Positions 51,520 to 59,610 of a stretch of 64,000 nt of DNA are shown in pieces. Positions within the stretch are counted from its first letter, which is position 1, and every line of letters starts with the position of its first letter. The stretch spans positions 364,052-428,051 of the forward strand of contig CAKVHE010000001.1 in the NCBI GenBank assembly GCA_934747885.1, read 5' to 3'. This stretch comes from an uncultured Clostridia bacterium. GTDB lineage: Bacteria > Bacillota > Clostridia > Christensenellales > UBA1242. The notes below the pieces were generated by a model, which worked only from the letters and a program-made list of their open reading frames with translations, was not told the origin of the DNA and did no database searches. The translations under genes and the position numbers were made by a program.

Positions 51520-52602
51520 TTAGTCAAGTTTAGCAAGTTCTTCACGCTCAAACTCTGATTGAATATCACCGTAGATATCGCTTGTTATCTTAATTGAGCT
51601 GTGCCCTACCCATTTTTGTATGGTGGTTAATTTTATTCCTTTTTCAATGCATCTTGTTACGAAGGTGTGTCTTAGTGAGTGAATTGTTATTTTTTCAAAG
51701 CCCAATTCTTGGCATATCATTTTAAATTCCTTTTGAACTTGACGCTCGTTAAAATCAAAAGGAATTTCTTTTTTGTCTATGAGGTTTAATACATTATCAT
51801 TTACCGGTATTGTTCGGTTGGCACTTTTTGTTTTGGTTCCGTTTATATGTATGGTCTTGTTGTCGTAATCTACATCAGACAGCTTTAAATTAAGTGCCTC
51901 ATTTAGTCGCGCGCCAGTGTTTAAGTAAAAGTAGAAAAGGTTTTTGTATTTATTGTTGCTTTTATCCAAATAATTTGTTAGTTGGTTTTGTTGCGCGCGT
52001 GTTAGTGCTTTTCCTTTTTCACCATTATATTTTTTAATCACGATTTTTTGCATTGGGTTATTAGCAATATGCTCCGGCACCGCTTTGCTTAAACAATCGT
52101 TTAGATGTATGTACACCAAAGTTTTTGTACGTTCTTTACCAATAATACCATTTAGAAGATTTTGTATCACATCTTCCGTAAGCCTATTTAATGCGATATT
52201 GCCAATTTGGGGCAATATATACTTATTAAAGCTATTAGTTATAAGTTTTAAACTTTTCGGCTTTAAAATAGGCGTTTTGTATTTTTTAAGCCACAATTGG
52301 TACCAATCACACAGTTTAATTGTGTCTAAGGTTTGCACCACTTGTGGCTTTTTGCGCTTATTATATTTTGCCCTAAGCGCGCTTTGTGTTCTTGCATATA
52401 AACTGGTTTGCTTACCGTTACTATAGTAGCGAAGTTCGTACAAACCATTTTTTCTTTTTCGTATAGTTGTATTTTTTATTGTCATTATAATTTCATCGGC
52501 TTCTTTGCAACTATCTCTTAAACCTCTTAAAAATTCCGTAACTGCTATATTTATGTTAGTAATATATGTAATTTGTTCAGCTTGTTTCTCGCACAAACCC
52601 AA
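51520..52602 (-). CDS. int: Tyrosine recombinase / phage integrase
   Basis: The C-terminal catalytic region carries ARLNEAL, HSLRHTFVTRC and WVGHSSIKITSDIYGDI (R..HxxR..Y). It lies adjacent to attL. A shorter start at MTIKNTTIRKRKNG (ATG 52485) is possible. Confidence 0.85.
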   Translation of the reverse strand: MGLCEKQAEQITYITNINIAVTEFLRGLRDSCKEADEIIMTIKNTTIRKRKNGLYELRYYSNGKQTSLYARTQSALRAKYNKRKKPQVVQTLDTIKLCDWYQLWLKKYKTPILKPKSLKLITNSFNKYILPQIGNIALNRLTEDVIQNLLNGIIGKERTKTLVYIHLNDCLSKAVPEHIANNPMQKIVIKKYNGEKGKALTRAQQNQLTNYLDKSNNKYKNLFYFYLNTGARLNEALNLKLSDVDYDNKTIHINGTKTKSANRTIPVNDNVLNLIDKKEIPFDFNERQVQKEFKMICQELGFEKITIHSLRHTFVTRCIEKGIKLTTIQKWVGHSSIKITSDIYGDIQSEFEREELAKLD

Positions 52603-52627
52603 GAAATTTTCTACAATGTTTTTTTCA

Positions 52628-52870
52628 TTATTCTTCTACCTTTGTCTCTTGTTTTTTGTTCTTACCTTTAATTTTGTCAATAAGTCCAAATTTTTTATTT
52701 ATATCAAATAAAGCAACTAAAACCCAAGGAATAATTGCTACACAAATATAAAAAGCCTTGGCGTTAAATTTGTCGTTTATGTACCAAATTATTTTAGTTC
52801 CAAATTCAAAGCCAACATATTGAAATAATATAACAAAAATGTTTCTTAACCAATAATTTATTTTTTCCAT
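52628..52870 (-). CDS. Small two-TM membrane protein (prophage, function unknown)
   Basis: An 80 aa product starting at MEKINYWL after AAGGAGAA. It lies between the XRE repressor gene and int. Confidence 0.5.
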   Translation of the reverse strand: MEKINYWLRNIFVILFQYVGFEFGTKIIWYINDKFNAKAFYICVAIIPWVLVALFDINKKFGLIDKIKGKNKKQETKVEE

Positions 52871-52880
52871 AATTTTCTCC

Positions 52881-53192
52881 TTAGTTTTGACTTGCAAGCA
52901 GACCCGACATATAAGCAACTGCTTTTATTAGATTTATCTGGTTTAGTTCTTTTAGTAAGTTTATTGCACTTGTCTGCTCTGGATTTAAATAACCAAAGTC
53001 GTTTTGCCATTCTCTACCAACGAGAAAATCTAGCGAAACATTATAATAATCTGCTAACTTTTTAAGAGTTTCTAAATTTGGTTCGCTTGTTTCTCTTTCG
53101 TAACCGTTATAAGTAGAATTGGCAACATTCAATAATTGAGCTATTTCGTATTGATTTTTAGAGTTTTCAATCCTTAATTTTTTTAAATTCAT
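52881..53192 (-). CDS. XRE-family HTH repressor (cI-like)
   Basis: MNLKKLRIENSKNQYEIAQLLNVANSTYNGYERE is a typical HTH_3 segment. A GGAGGTG RBS is present. The promoter is TTGAAA (53246-53241), N16, TATAAT (53224-53219). Confidence 0.8.
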   Translation of the reverse strand: MNLKKLRIENSKNQYEIAQLLNVANSTYNGYERETSEPNLETLKKLADYYNVSLDFLVGREWQNDFGYLNPEQTSAINLLKELNQINLIKAVAYMSGLLASQN

Positions 53193-53264
53193 TTTTTTTA
53201 GCACCTCCTATGCCTTTAATTATAAGGAATTTTAAAAAATTTTCAAGATAAGTATATTTTTTGT

Positions 53265-53294
53265 TTTACATTTACGATTTAATCGTGTTATAAT
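53265..53294 (+). promoter_or_regulatory. Rightward early promoter with an embedded palindrome (candidate operator)
   Basis: The layout is TTTACA (53265-53270), N18, TATAAT (53289-53294). The inverted repeat ACGATT-T-AATCGT (53274-53286) lies in the spacer. The promoter is divergent from the XRE gene. Confidence 0.5.
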
Positions 53295-53335
53295 ACAACC
53301 ACCTGCGAGATGCTCGTACAAAAAAGGAGTTATTT

Positions 53336-53527
53336 ATGAAGAAAAAAAGAAAAATTTATGTTTATTTAATTACTAGAAATGATAACTATCAATTACCATT
53401 GGGCTGTTTTGACACAATCAAACAGTGCGCAACATTTTTAAATACATTACCAATTACTTGCGCCCAATCTGTCTATCGAAAAACAGCAGTTAGAGGCGAA
53501 TATCTAATTTTTAAAGTTAAAATTTAG
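53336..53527 (+). CDS. Small basic protein, first rightward gene (Cro/excisionase-like position)
   Basis: A 63 aa product with an AAGGAG RBS. I recognise no motif. Confidence 0.45.
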   Translation: MKKKRKIYVYLITRNDNYQLPLGCFDTIKQCATFLNTLPITCAQSVYRKTAVRGEYLIFKVKI

Positions 53528-53537
53528 GGTGGTAAGT

Positions 53538-53675
53538 ATGGACATTAAAAAAATCAAATATGTGGTTATAACCAACAAATCAATTTATTATTTTGATAAT
53601 TTTAGCGATTATAAGCAAAAAGTTTATTGTTTGGCTGTTTTATATATCCCTTTTATTAGTTTTAGAAAAATTTAA
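53538..53675 (+). CDS. Possible 45 aa ORF
   Basis: My own translation gives MDIKKIKYVVITNKSIYYFDNFSDYKQKVYCLAVLYIPFISFRKI. The RBS is weak (GGGTGG). The 3' half is encoded by copy 1 of the 74 bp repeat, so the coding status is doubtful. Confidence 0.25.
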   Translation: MDIKKIKYVVITNKSIYYFDNFSDYKQKVYCLAVLYIPFISFRKI

Positions 53676-53678
53676 ATG
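53605..53678 (+). repeat. 74 bp intra-element direct repeat, copy 1
   Basis: The sequence is gcgattataagcaaaaagtttattgtttggctgttttatatatcccttttattagttttagaaaaatttaaatg. It differs at 3 positions from 54151-54224. Confidence 0.9.
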
Positions 53679-53809
53679 CTGACTTCACTAACTACAATGA
53701 AGAACATAACATTTTGCAATACTGGAAGACAACAGTGTCAAAAATTGTATTGATAAGGTTTCATTCCTTTATCGCAAAAAGAAATTGAAGAATTAGGAGA
53801 TATATTTTA

Positions 53810-54118
53810 ATGAAGAATAAACAATTTTTTGGTTTATGTTCTTATTACATATATAAAGTTAAAATCAAATATCGTAGTCATTATTACTGTTTCACTGATT
53901 TTGAAGGTGATGGTGTTTTTGAAAATGACAATAGTGTTAAACTAAAAACATTAAGTGGAGTTGAACTATTAAAAATGTTTTCTGAACACTTAATTGATAA
54001 AGAATTATGGGATTTTACAACGGATGGTAAAACTTTTCATTTTGGAATGTTTACACCAACAAATGGTTCGACCCGTGATTTTGATTATACAATTTTAGAA
54101 GAAAGGTATGGTAAATAA
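53810..54118 (+). CDS. Hypothetical prophage protein
   Basis: A 102 aa product with a TAGGAGA RBS. Confidence 0.5.
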   Translation: MKNKQFFGLCSYYIYKVKIKYRSHYYCFTDFEGDGVFENDNSVKLKTLSGVELLKMFSEHLIDKELWDFTTDGKTFHFGMFTPTNGSTRDFDYTILEERYGK

Positions 54119-54150
54119 TTATGGAAGAATTTATAAATAGTTCTGACTTT

Positions 54151-54224
54151 GCGACTATAAGCAAAAAGTTTATTGTTTAGCCGTTTTATATATCCCTTTT
54201 ATTAGTTTTAGAAAAATTTAAATG
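54151..54224 (+). repeat. 74 bp intra-element direct repeat, copy 2
   Basis: See the entry for 53605-53678. This copy ends at the start region of the next gene. Confidence 0.9.
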
Positions 54225-54254
54225 GTGGCGACCACATACGCAAAGGAGAAAACT

Positions 54255-54548
54255 ATGGAAAAAACAAAAAATTATGAATTAAAGGAAAACGAAATTGTTC
54301 GCAAGGCATATTACCTTGGTCACAAAAAAGTTCAAGGCAAAAAAGACCCGTCTAAGCAATTTTGTTTTGTAGACTTGCTTTTCGTAAACAATATCGGACT
54401 AGAAAATGAATATCACACAATCACATCCGCGTTTTGTGATATAGAAAACGAACCTCAAAACATTACTCGTTTGTCACAAGTAGATTGTTTGTTTGAACAA
54501 GGCGCAGACCCAACCCGTCCAGCACGCTTTGTTAAAATTTTAGGTTAA
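54255..54548 (+). CDS. Hypothetical 97 aa protein, in the position of an inovirus ssDNA-binding (gV-like) gene
   Basis: The start is taken at MEKTKNYELK after AAGGAGAA. The functional guess comes from gene order only. Confidence 0.35.
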   Translation: MEKTKNYELKENEIVRKAYYLGHKKVQGKKDPSKQFCFVDLLFVNNIGLENEYHTITSAFCDIENEPQNITRLSQVDCLFEQGADPTRPARFVKILG

Positions 54549-54557
54549 GGAGTTAAT

Positions 54558-54713
54558 ATGTTTGCAACAGTTTATCTAGCCAATATTTTCGCAATGGCCA
54601 CAGTCGTTTTAGTTTTTGTTTTAGTTGTTGGGCATAAGAAGAAAAAACAATTAAAAGAGTTATCAAAATTCGGCAATGTTTCGGAAAAAGACGAAACCCC
54701 AAACGCCGAATAG
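54558..54713 (+). CDS. 51 aa single-TM protein (minor coat-like)
   Basis: My own translation gives MFATVYLANIFAMATVVLVFVLVVGHKKKKQLKELSKFGNVSEKDETPNAE, preceded by an AAGGAG RBS. Confidence 0.5.
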   Translation: MFATVYLANIFAMATVVLVFVLVVGHKKKKQLKELSKFGNVSEKDETPNAE

Positions 54714-54740
54714 ATAAAAATTTTAAAGGGGGACACGCAA

Positions 54741-54956
54741 TTGAATACCGTTATCACTAATTTATTCAGTGGTTTTTCTGAAACCATTAAAGGTATGGCT
54801 GGCGGTTTGAAAACTGGGTTTCTTCAACTTTTTTACGAAGACCCAACCGCTACCGAAAAAGTTGTAAGTGAACTGGCACAATTCGGTTTTGTTATGGTCG
54901 GTGTGGCTATGGCAATTGGTATTGTCTATTCACTATTAAGACTAATCAAAGTTTAG
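54741..54956 (+). CDS. Candidate major coat protein (71 aa)
   Basis: The start is TTG after AAAGGGGGA. The sequence has an acidic middle (YEDPTATEKVVSE), a hydrophobic core (FGFVMVGVAMAIGIVYSLL) and a basic end (RLIKV). A strong terminator follows, as with Ff gVIII. Confidence 0.5.
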   Translation: MNTVITNLFSGFSETIKGMAGGLKTGFLQLFYEDPTATEKVVSELAQFGFVMVGVAMAIGIVYSLLRLIKV

Positions 54957-54964
54957 TCTTTAAT

Positions 54965-54992
54965 TAAAAAAGGGCTAATAAGCCCTTTTTTT
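54965..54992 (+). terminator. Intrinsic terminator after the candidate major coat gene
   Basis: aaaaaagggc-taataa-gcccttttttt forms a stem-loop followed by a T-run. Confidence 0.7.
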
Positions 54993-55004
54993 ATAGGAGA
55001 AATT

Positions 55005-56750
55005 ATGAAAAATTTTATCTTTTCCGTTTGTTTGGCGTTTTTTTTAGCTCTCGCTTCGTTTACAAGTGTGAGTTTATTAAATTTTAGAGTATCACAAGCA
55101 AAAGAAACCACTATTAAATTTGAAGATACTATAGTTACAACAGCTTATAACGATGGTTCTAACTATTATTTTGCTAAAAAAGGTAATATTAGTTATTCCG
55201 GAAGCACTGGCGGTTCATTGCTGTATGGTCTGAGCGAAAGTGAGTTTTTAAGCAATTTAACTCTTAGCTTATCTCAAACTTATAAATTATTAAATAAAAA
55301 TACTACCGTTACCTTGGATAACGCGACTTTTAGTATAAACAGTTTTAGTGTTACAAAGCAAGGTTTTAGTAGTGCTACAACTTACACTGTCAATTTTAAT
55401 ATAGATTATGAGATAATTCAAACCAAAGCAATTTTAGCTAGTAATACAAATTTTTTTGATAATTTAGAAGACGTAACCATTAAATTGGTATTTACTTCTG
55501 GCTTAAAAAGTGCCACCTGGACTGAAAGCACGGATGGTTTATCAATAACTATGGAAAATAAGCTATTTAATATTAGCTATTACGATTTTGAAGGCGGAAT
55601 TTTACTCTCAAGTGAAGACCTTGAATATTATATGGTTCCAACTTATCCTGTGACGCCAACCCGAAACGGCTATACTTTTCAAGGCTGGTCACAAACTATT
55701 GACCATATTACCGCAAATGTCATTATTTATGGAACCTGGCAAATACAAACTTTTACTGTCAGTTATTATGATTATGAAGGTGGAAGTTTATTAAAATCAG
55801 AAACTGTAAATTATGGCGATAATTCCACCGCCCCAGCCACGCCAACTCGCGCCGGACACGAATGGCTAGGCTGGTCAACCGCCGCTAATAATGTTACAGC
55901 TGATTTAAATATTTATGGTCTTTGGGAGAAAACTTTATTTAAAGTTGATTTTTACGACTTTGAAGGTGGTACTTTGTTACAATCTGATTATGTAGAAGCC
56001 GGCGCTATCCTTACCGCACCTAAAACTCCTGAACGCTATGGTTATATTTGGTTAGGCTGGTCTACAACCGACTATTTATCAGTCACTGGAGATTTGATAG
56101 TTTATGGAACCTGGCAAATAAAAACCTATAATGTTTATTTTTACGACTACGACGGTGGTAGTTTATTAAAAACAGAAACCGTAAATTATTGCGATGGCGC
56201 CACGGCCCCTATAACTCCAACCCGAACCGGCTACGAATGGTTAGGCTGGTCATGCGATTTTAATTACATTACTGGTGATTTAGTAGTTTATGGCACCTGG
56301 CAAGTTAAAACTTGTGTAATTTCTTTTTACGACTACGACGGCGGTAATTTATTAGCTACATCTATTTATAACTATGGTGCTAAAGTTATTTTGCCGGAAA
56401 CGCCAACCCGAACCGGCTATATTTGGCAAGGCTGGTCAAAAAATATTACTTATGCTACCGAAAATATGACCGTTTATGGACTTTGGGAAAAAGATTTGAA
56501 TTACTTTAATGGCTACGCAAAAGGCCTCGAAGACGGCTATAAAAATGGCTATAACGATTGTAAAAACACCTTAGACAACAGCGAAGCTAACAGTAAACTT
56601 AGCACTTTGATTTTTGCAATCTTTGACGCACCTTTTAATGTGGTGAGAAACGCCTTAAATTTTGAACTTTTCGGTATCAACCTTACTAACTTTATTTTGA
56701 CAATTTTTAGCCTGATTTTACTCGCTTGGGTAATTGGTAAATTGTTATAG
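55005..56750 (+). CDS. Secreted, C-terminally anchored repeat protein (candidate adsorption / gIII-like protein)
   Basis: The product is 581 aa. It has a signal peptide (ASFTSVSLLNFRVSQA), an N-terminal domain, five ~62 aa Listeria-Bacteroides-type repeats (TPTRTGYEWLGWS...VYGTWQ) and a C-terminal TM (LTNFILTIFSLILLAWVIGKLL). Confidence 0.6.
   Translation: MKNFIFSVCLAFFLALASFTSVSLLNFRVSQAKETTIKFEDTIVTTAYNDGSNYYFAKKGNISYSGSTGGSLLYGLSESEFLSNLTLSLSQTYKLLNKNTTVTLDNATFSINSFSVTKQGFSSATTYTVNFNIDYEIIQTKAILASNTNFFDNLEDVTIKLVFTSGLKSATWTESTDGLSITMENKLFNISYYDFEGGILLSSEDLEYYMVPTYPVTPTRNGYTFQGWSQTIDHITANVIIYGTWQIQTFTVSYYDYEGGSLLKSETVNYGDNSTAPATPTRAGHEWLGWSTAANNVTADLNIYGLWEKTLFKVDFYDFEGGTLLQSDYVEAGAILTAPKTPERYGYIWLGWSTTDYLSVTGDLIVYGTWQIKTYNVYFYDYDGGSLLKTETVNYCDGATAPITPTRTGYEWLGWSCDFNYITGDLVVYGTWQVKTCVISFYDYDGGNLLATSIYNYGAKVILPETPTRTGYIWQGWSKNITYATENMTVYGLWEKDLNYFNGYAKGLEDGYKNGYNDCKNTLDNSEANSKLSTLIFAIFDAPFNVVRNALNFELFGINLTNFILTIFSLILLAWVIGKLL
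55566..56495 (+). repeat. Five tandem ~186 bp coding repeats (Listeria-Bacteroides / Flg_new-type domain)
   Basis: The peptide repeats start FNISYYDFEGG, FTVSYYDYEGG, FKVDFYDFEGG, YNVYFYDYDGG and CVISFYDYDGG. Each ends in YG(T/L)W. Confidence 0.8.
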
Positions 56751-56758
56751 GAGCTCAT

Positions 56759-56974
56759 ATGAAATTATATGATTTTATTTTGAACTATTTTATAAGCATC
56801 TTTATTGATACAAAGGCACTTTCTACGCCAATTTCTTTTTTAAACTGTACGATTTTGGATGTTTTCAATATCTTATTTATTTGTAGTTTGTCTTTCGTGA
56901 TTATCTATTGTTTTATTATTTTACCTTTTAAATTTTTAAAACGAATTGCCGGAGGAACCAAACGTGCAAAATAA
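56759..56974 (+). CDS. 71 aa two-TM protein (minor coat/assembly-like)
   Basis: A hydrophobic small ORF in the operon, with a GGAGC-type RBS. Confidence 0.45.
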   Translation: MKLYDFILNYFISIFIDTKALSTPISFLNCTILDVFNILFICSLSFVIIYCFIILPFKFLKRIAGGTKRAK

Positions 56975-57389
56975 GTTTTTAATTTTTCTTCTTTGCTTTG
57001 TTTTTATAATTGGCGTTTTTACTTTTCAGGCAACAAACTATAATTTTAGCTTGGAGAGTTATTTAACCGATGTATCCAATTTGGACGAAGCACCGCAGTT
57101 TCCTAATTTCAAATTTACAGCGATTAACAAAGTAACTGACACGATTGAAGACCTTGACGAGTCTATAAGCGATACCAATAGTTTAATTAAGAAAGTATAC
57201 TATGGTATCCAAAAAATTTGGTTATATATAGGTTACGTTTTCGCTCTTTTGTATGATTTAGTTTACTGGATAATCAATCTTTGTGTTTATTTGGTAAAAA
57301 TGGTTATTTGGTTTATTAAACTAGTTTCTACTATTTTTATAAAGCCCAAAATTAGTGTCGACCAAAATTTTTACAATAATAATTGGTAG
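56964..57389 (+). CDS. 141 aa membrane protein (gVI-like position)
   Basis: The start is GTG 56964 after GGAGGA. There is an N-terminal TM and two C-terminal TM segments. Confidence 0.45.
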   Translation: MQNKFLIFLLCFVFIIGVFTFQATNYNFSLESYLTDVSNLDEAPQFPNFKFTAINKVTDTIEDLDESISDTNSLIKKVYYGIQKIWLYIGYVFALLYDLVYWIINLCVYLVKMVIWFIKLVSTIFIKPKISVDQNFYNNNW

Positions 57390-58382
57390 GTGACTATGAG
57401 TTTATTATTTATTATTATTGCTTTAGCCTTATTTTTTATTTGGCTATACTTTTACAAAATTAAATATGATACCTTAATTGTTTTTACTGGTACTATGGGG
57501 TCTGGAAAAGACGTCAGTACTGTAAGTCTTGGCTTGAAGCTTTTAAATAAAAACCGCCGCAAAGTTAACCGCCACAACCGCTGGCTTTGGCTTATAAACA
57601 AATTTAAAGACCCTGATAAAAAAGCTTGTAAAAAGCCCTTGCCAATTCTTTATAGCAATTACCCTATTAGACTTAAATTTACTCGCTCGCGGTTTTTTAC
57701 TTGGCTTTTAAATCGGTACTGGAATATGGCAAAAATCAATTATGAAGGCAGAGTTAAATACAATTGTCCTGAGTACGTCGACCGTTTAAAATTACAAGAA
57801 TTGAAAATTACTAGTGACTATATAAAAGGTTATTCTGAGTTCTCTACCGAATTGACCCCTTCACATTTACTTTTACAAAAAAAAGTAGTTGAAAAATCTG
57901 TTACTATTTTAGGAGAAATTGGAAGTTTCGCCAACCAGTTTGAGTACAACTATCCTAACGTACAAGGCGGACTTACCGAATTTATTAGGCTATACCGACA
58001 TTATACAAAAGGCGGTTATTTAATTGCAAATGACCAATCTAGCAGCAACATAGTAAAGCCAATTCGTTGTCGAATTCCGACCGTTTATAACTTAATGCAT
58101 TTTAAACGGTGGTTCTTTTTTTTCTATACCGTCAAAATAAGAGATATCTCTATTGGTGAGGACATTACAACTATTGAAGAAAATAATACCGAAGATAATA
58201 TGCGAACAAAATTTGGAATTTTACCGCTTGGAAAATATGATACTTATTGCTACTCAGAGCGTTATAATTCGGTACCTTTTGCACCGGAAAATGTCTTTAA
58301 TAAGTACAAACAAAATAATCTTATGCGTGTATCAAAAACTTTAGTAATACCAAAAACAACTGGTGAAACTCGCTATAAATAA
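57390..58382 (+). CDS. Zot / pI-like P-loop NTPase (candidate filamentous-phage assembly ATPase)
   Basis: The Walker A is FTGTMGSGKDVS. A Walker-B-like segment reads VTILGEIGSF. An N-terminal TM is present. The gene occupies the last position of the structural module. The assignment rests on motif and context, not on alignment. Confidence 0.5.
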   Translation: MTMSLLFIIIALALFFIWLYFYKIKYDTLIVFTGTMGSGKDVSTVSLGLKLLNKNRRKVNRHNRWLWLINKFKDPDKKACKKPLPILYSNYPIRLKFTRSRFFTWLLNRYWNMAKINYEGRVKYNCPEYVDRLKLQELKITSDYIKGYSEFSTELTPSHLLLQKKVVEKSVTILGEIGSFANQFEYNYPNVQGGLTEFIRLYRHYTKGGYLIANDQSSSNIVKPIRCRIPTVYNLMHFKRWFFFFYTVKIRDISIGEDITTIEENNTEDNMRTKFGILPLGKYDTYCYSERYNSVPFAPENVFNKYKQNNLMRVSKTLVIPKTTGETRYK

Positions 58383-58563
58383 CTTTATTATTTTTGCGAA
58401 TAGCCTTTAAAACTTTTGTTTTAAAGGCTATACACAACGGCGCAAAAATGCTTCAAGCTTTCAAAAAAAGTAACTCTTTTAGTAAAATTAAGTCGCAAGC
58501 CACTTGCTGACTGCAAATGCTGCAATTGCTTTGCGTTTATTCTCTTTTTTATATGCGGAGAGT

Positions 58564-58614
58564 GGGGCGGTGGCGGGAACGCCCCGCACCCCAGCGACCA
58601 CGCAAGTGGTCGCT
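58564..58614 (+). promoter_or_regulatory. GC-rich hairpin pair upstream of rep (candidate replication origin)
   Basis: The first stem is ggggcg/cgcccc (58564-58569 and 58580-58585). The second is a perfect 9 bp stem agcgaccac-gcaa-gtggtcgct (58593-58614). Both sit in an otherwise AT-rich element. Confidence 0.4.
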
Positions 58615-58649
58615 TCTGTATATATAATATAGAAACATTTGGGGTAAAT

Positions 58650-59534
58650 ATGTTAAAATATTCACAACTAAAAAGTTTAAAAAAATTTAGTTTGCAAACT
58701 GTTATACCAGCACTAGAAAAAGCTGGTTATAGCAAAAAAGCAACAATGCTATATTATTGCGGAACGCAAAAGCACTTGGCTCTTTGTCAAGGTTGTCACA
58801 GCGTCTACTTTAATGGCGCAAATACTTGCAAAGACCGATTTTGTCCAATTTGCAACAAAAAACGTAGTTTGCTATATCTTGCCAAAATTTACCCTATTCT
58901 GGCTGATTTGCTCGACAAGGGATATTATATCAATATCATTAACTACACCATCAAGGATACCGAAAATTTAAAGCAAGGCATAGATACGTTACAACGTTCT
59001 TTTAGAATGTTGACCCACGATGATAAAGTATACCGAAAAAAATATAAAGAGTCCTTTGTCGGAGGTATTAAGTCGTTAGAAATAAAGACCGGCAAAAACT
59101 CCGGTCTTTGGCATCCACACTTCCATAGCATAGTAGTTAAAAAGAAAAACACAAAAGACTTTGATTGGCTAAAGGAAGCTTGGGAAACTTGTACCAGCAA
59201 AATTGCTGGTACCAACGAAAAAATTGGTAGTGTTTGGTTAAAAGGTTTCAGTTCGAAAAACAAAACCAAGTTATTAAAGTCAGTTCTTGAAACTCTAAAG
59301 TATATAACCAAATTCGATTGGGATGTTACAGAAAAAGTTTCTGAACTTGTAGAAACTTTGTCAGGCGTTAGAACTATCAATACTTATGGTATTTTGCGAG
59401 GTCTCCAACCCGCCGAAAAAGATTTGGATAAATCTATTGAAGATATCACAAATATTGTTTGTAAAATTTGTGGATCCACAAATTTCGTTACTTTTGACGC
59501 TGAAAATGATTATATAAATATAGAAGATTTTTAG
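58650..59534 (+). CDS. rep: Rolling-circle replication initiator, pC194/pUB110 (Rep_1)-like HUH protein
   Basis: The zinc finger reads CQGCH...CKDRFCPICNKKR. The HUH motif is LWHPHFHSIVV and the catalytic Tyr motif is ETLKYITKF. Confidence 0.75.
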   Translation: MLKYSQLKSLKKFSLQTVIPALEKAGYSKKATMLYYCGTQKHLALCQGCHSVYFNGANTCKDRFCPICNKKRSLLYLAKIYPILADLLDKGYYINIINYTIKDTENLKQGIDTLQRSFRMLTHDDKVYRKKYKESFVGGIKSLEIKTGKNSGLWHPHFHSIVVKKKNTKDFDWLKEAWETCTSKIAGTNEKIGSVWLKGFSSKNKTKLLKSVLETLKYITKFDWDVTEKVSELVETLSGVRTINTYGILRGLQPAEKDLDKSIEDITNIVCKICGSTNFVTFDAENDYINIEDF

Positions 59535-59610
59535 AAAATTTTAAGGGTATAACAGATATAAAAAGCCTTAAACTCCTTTATTTTTCTAATGTTTTTAAAT
59601 TTTCTTTTAC

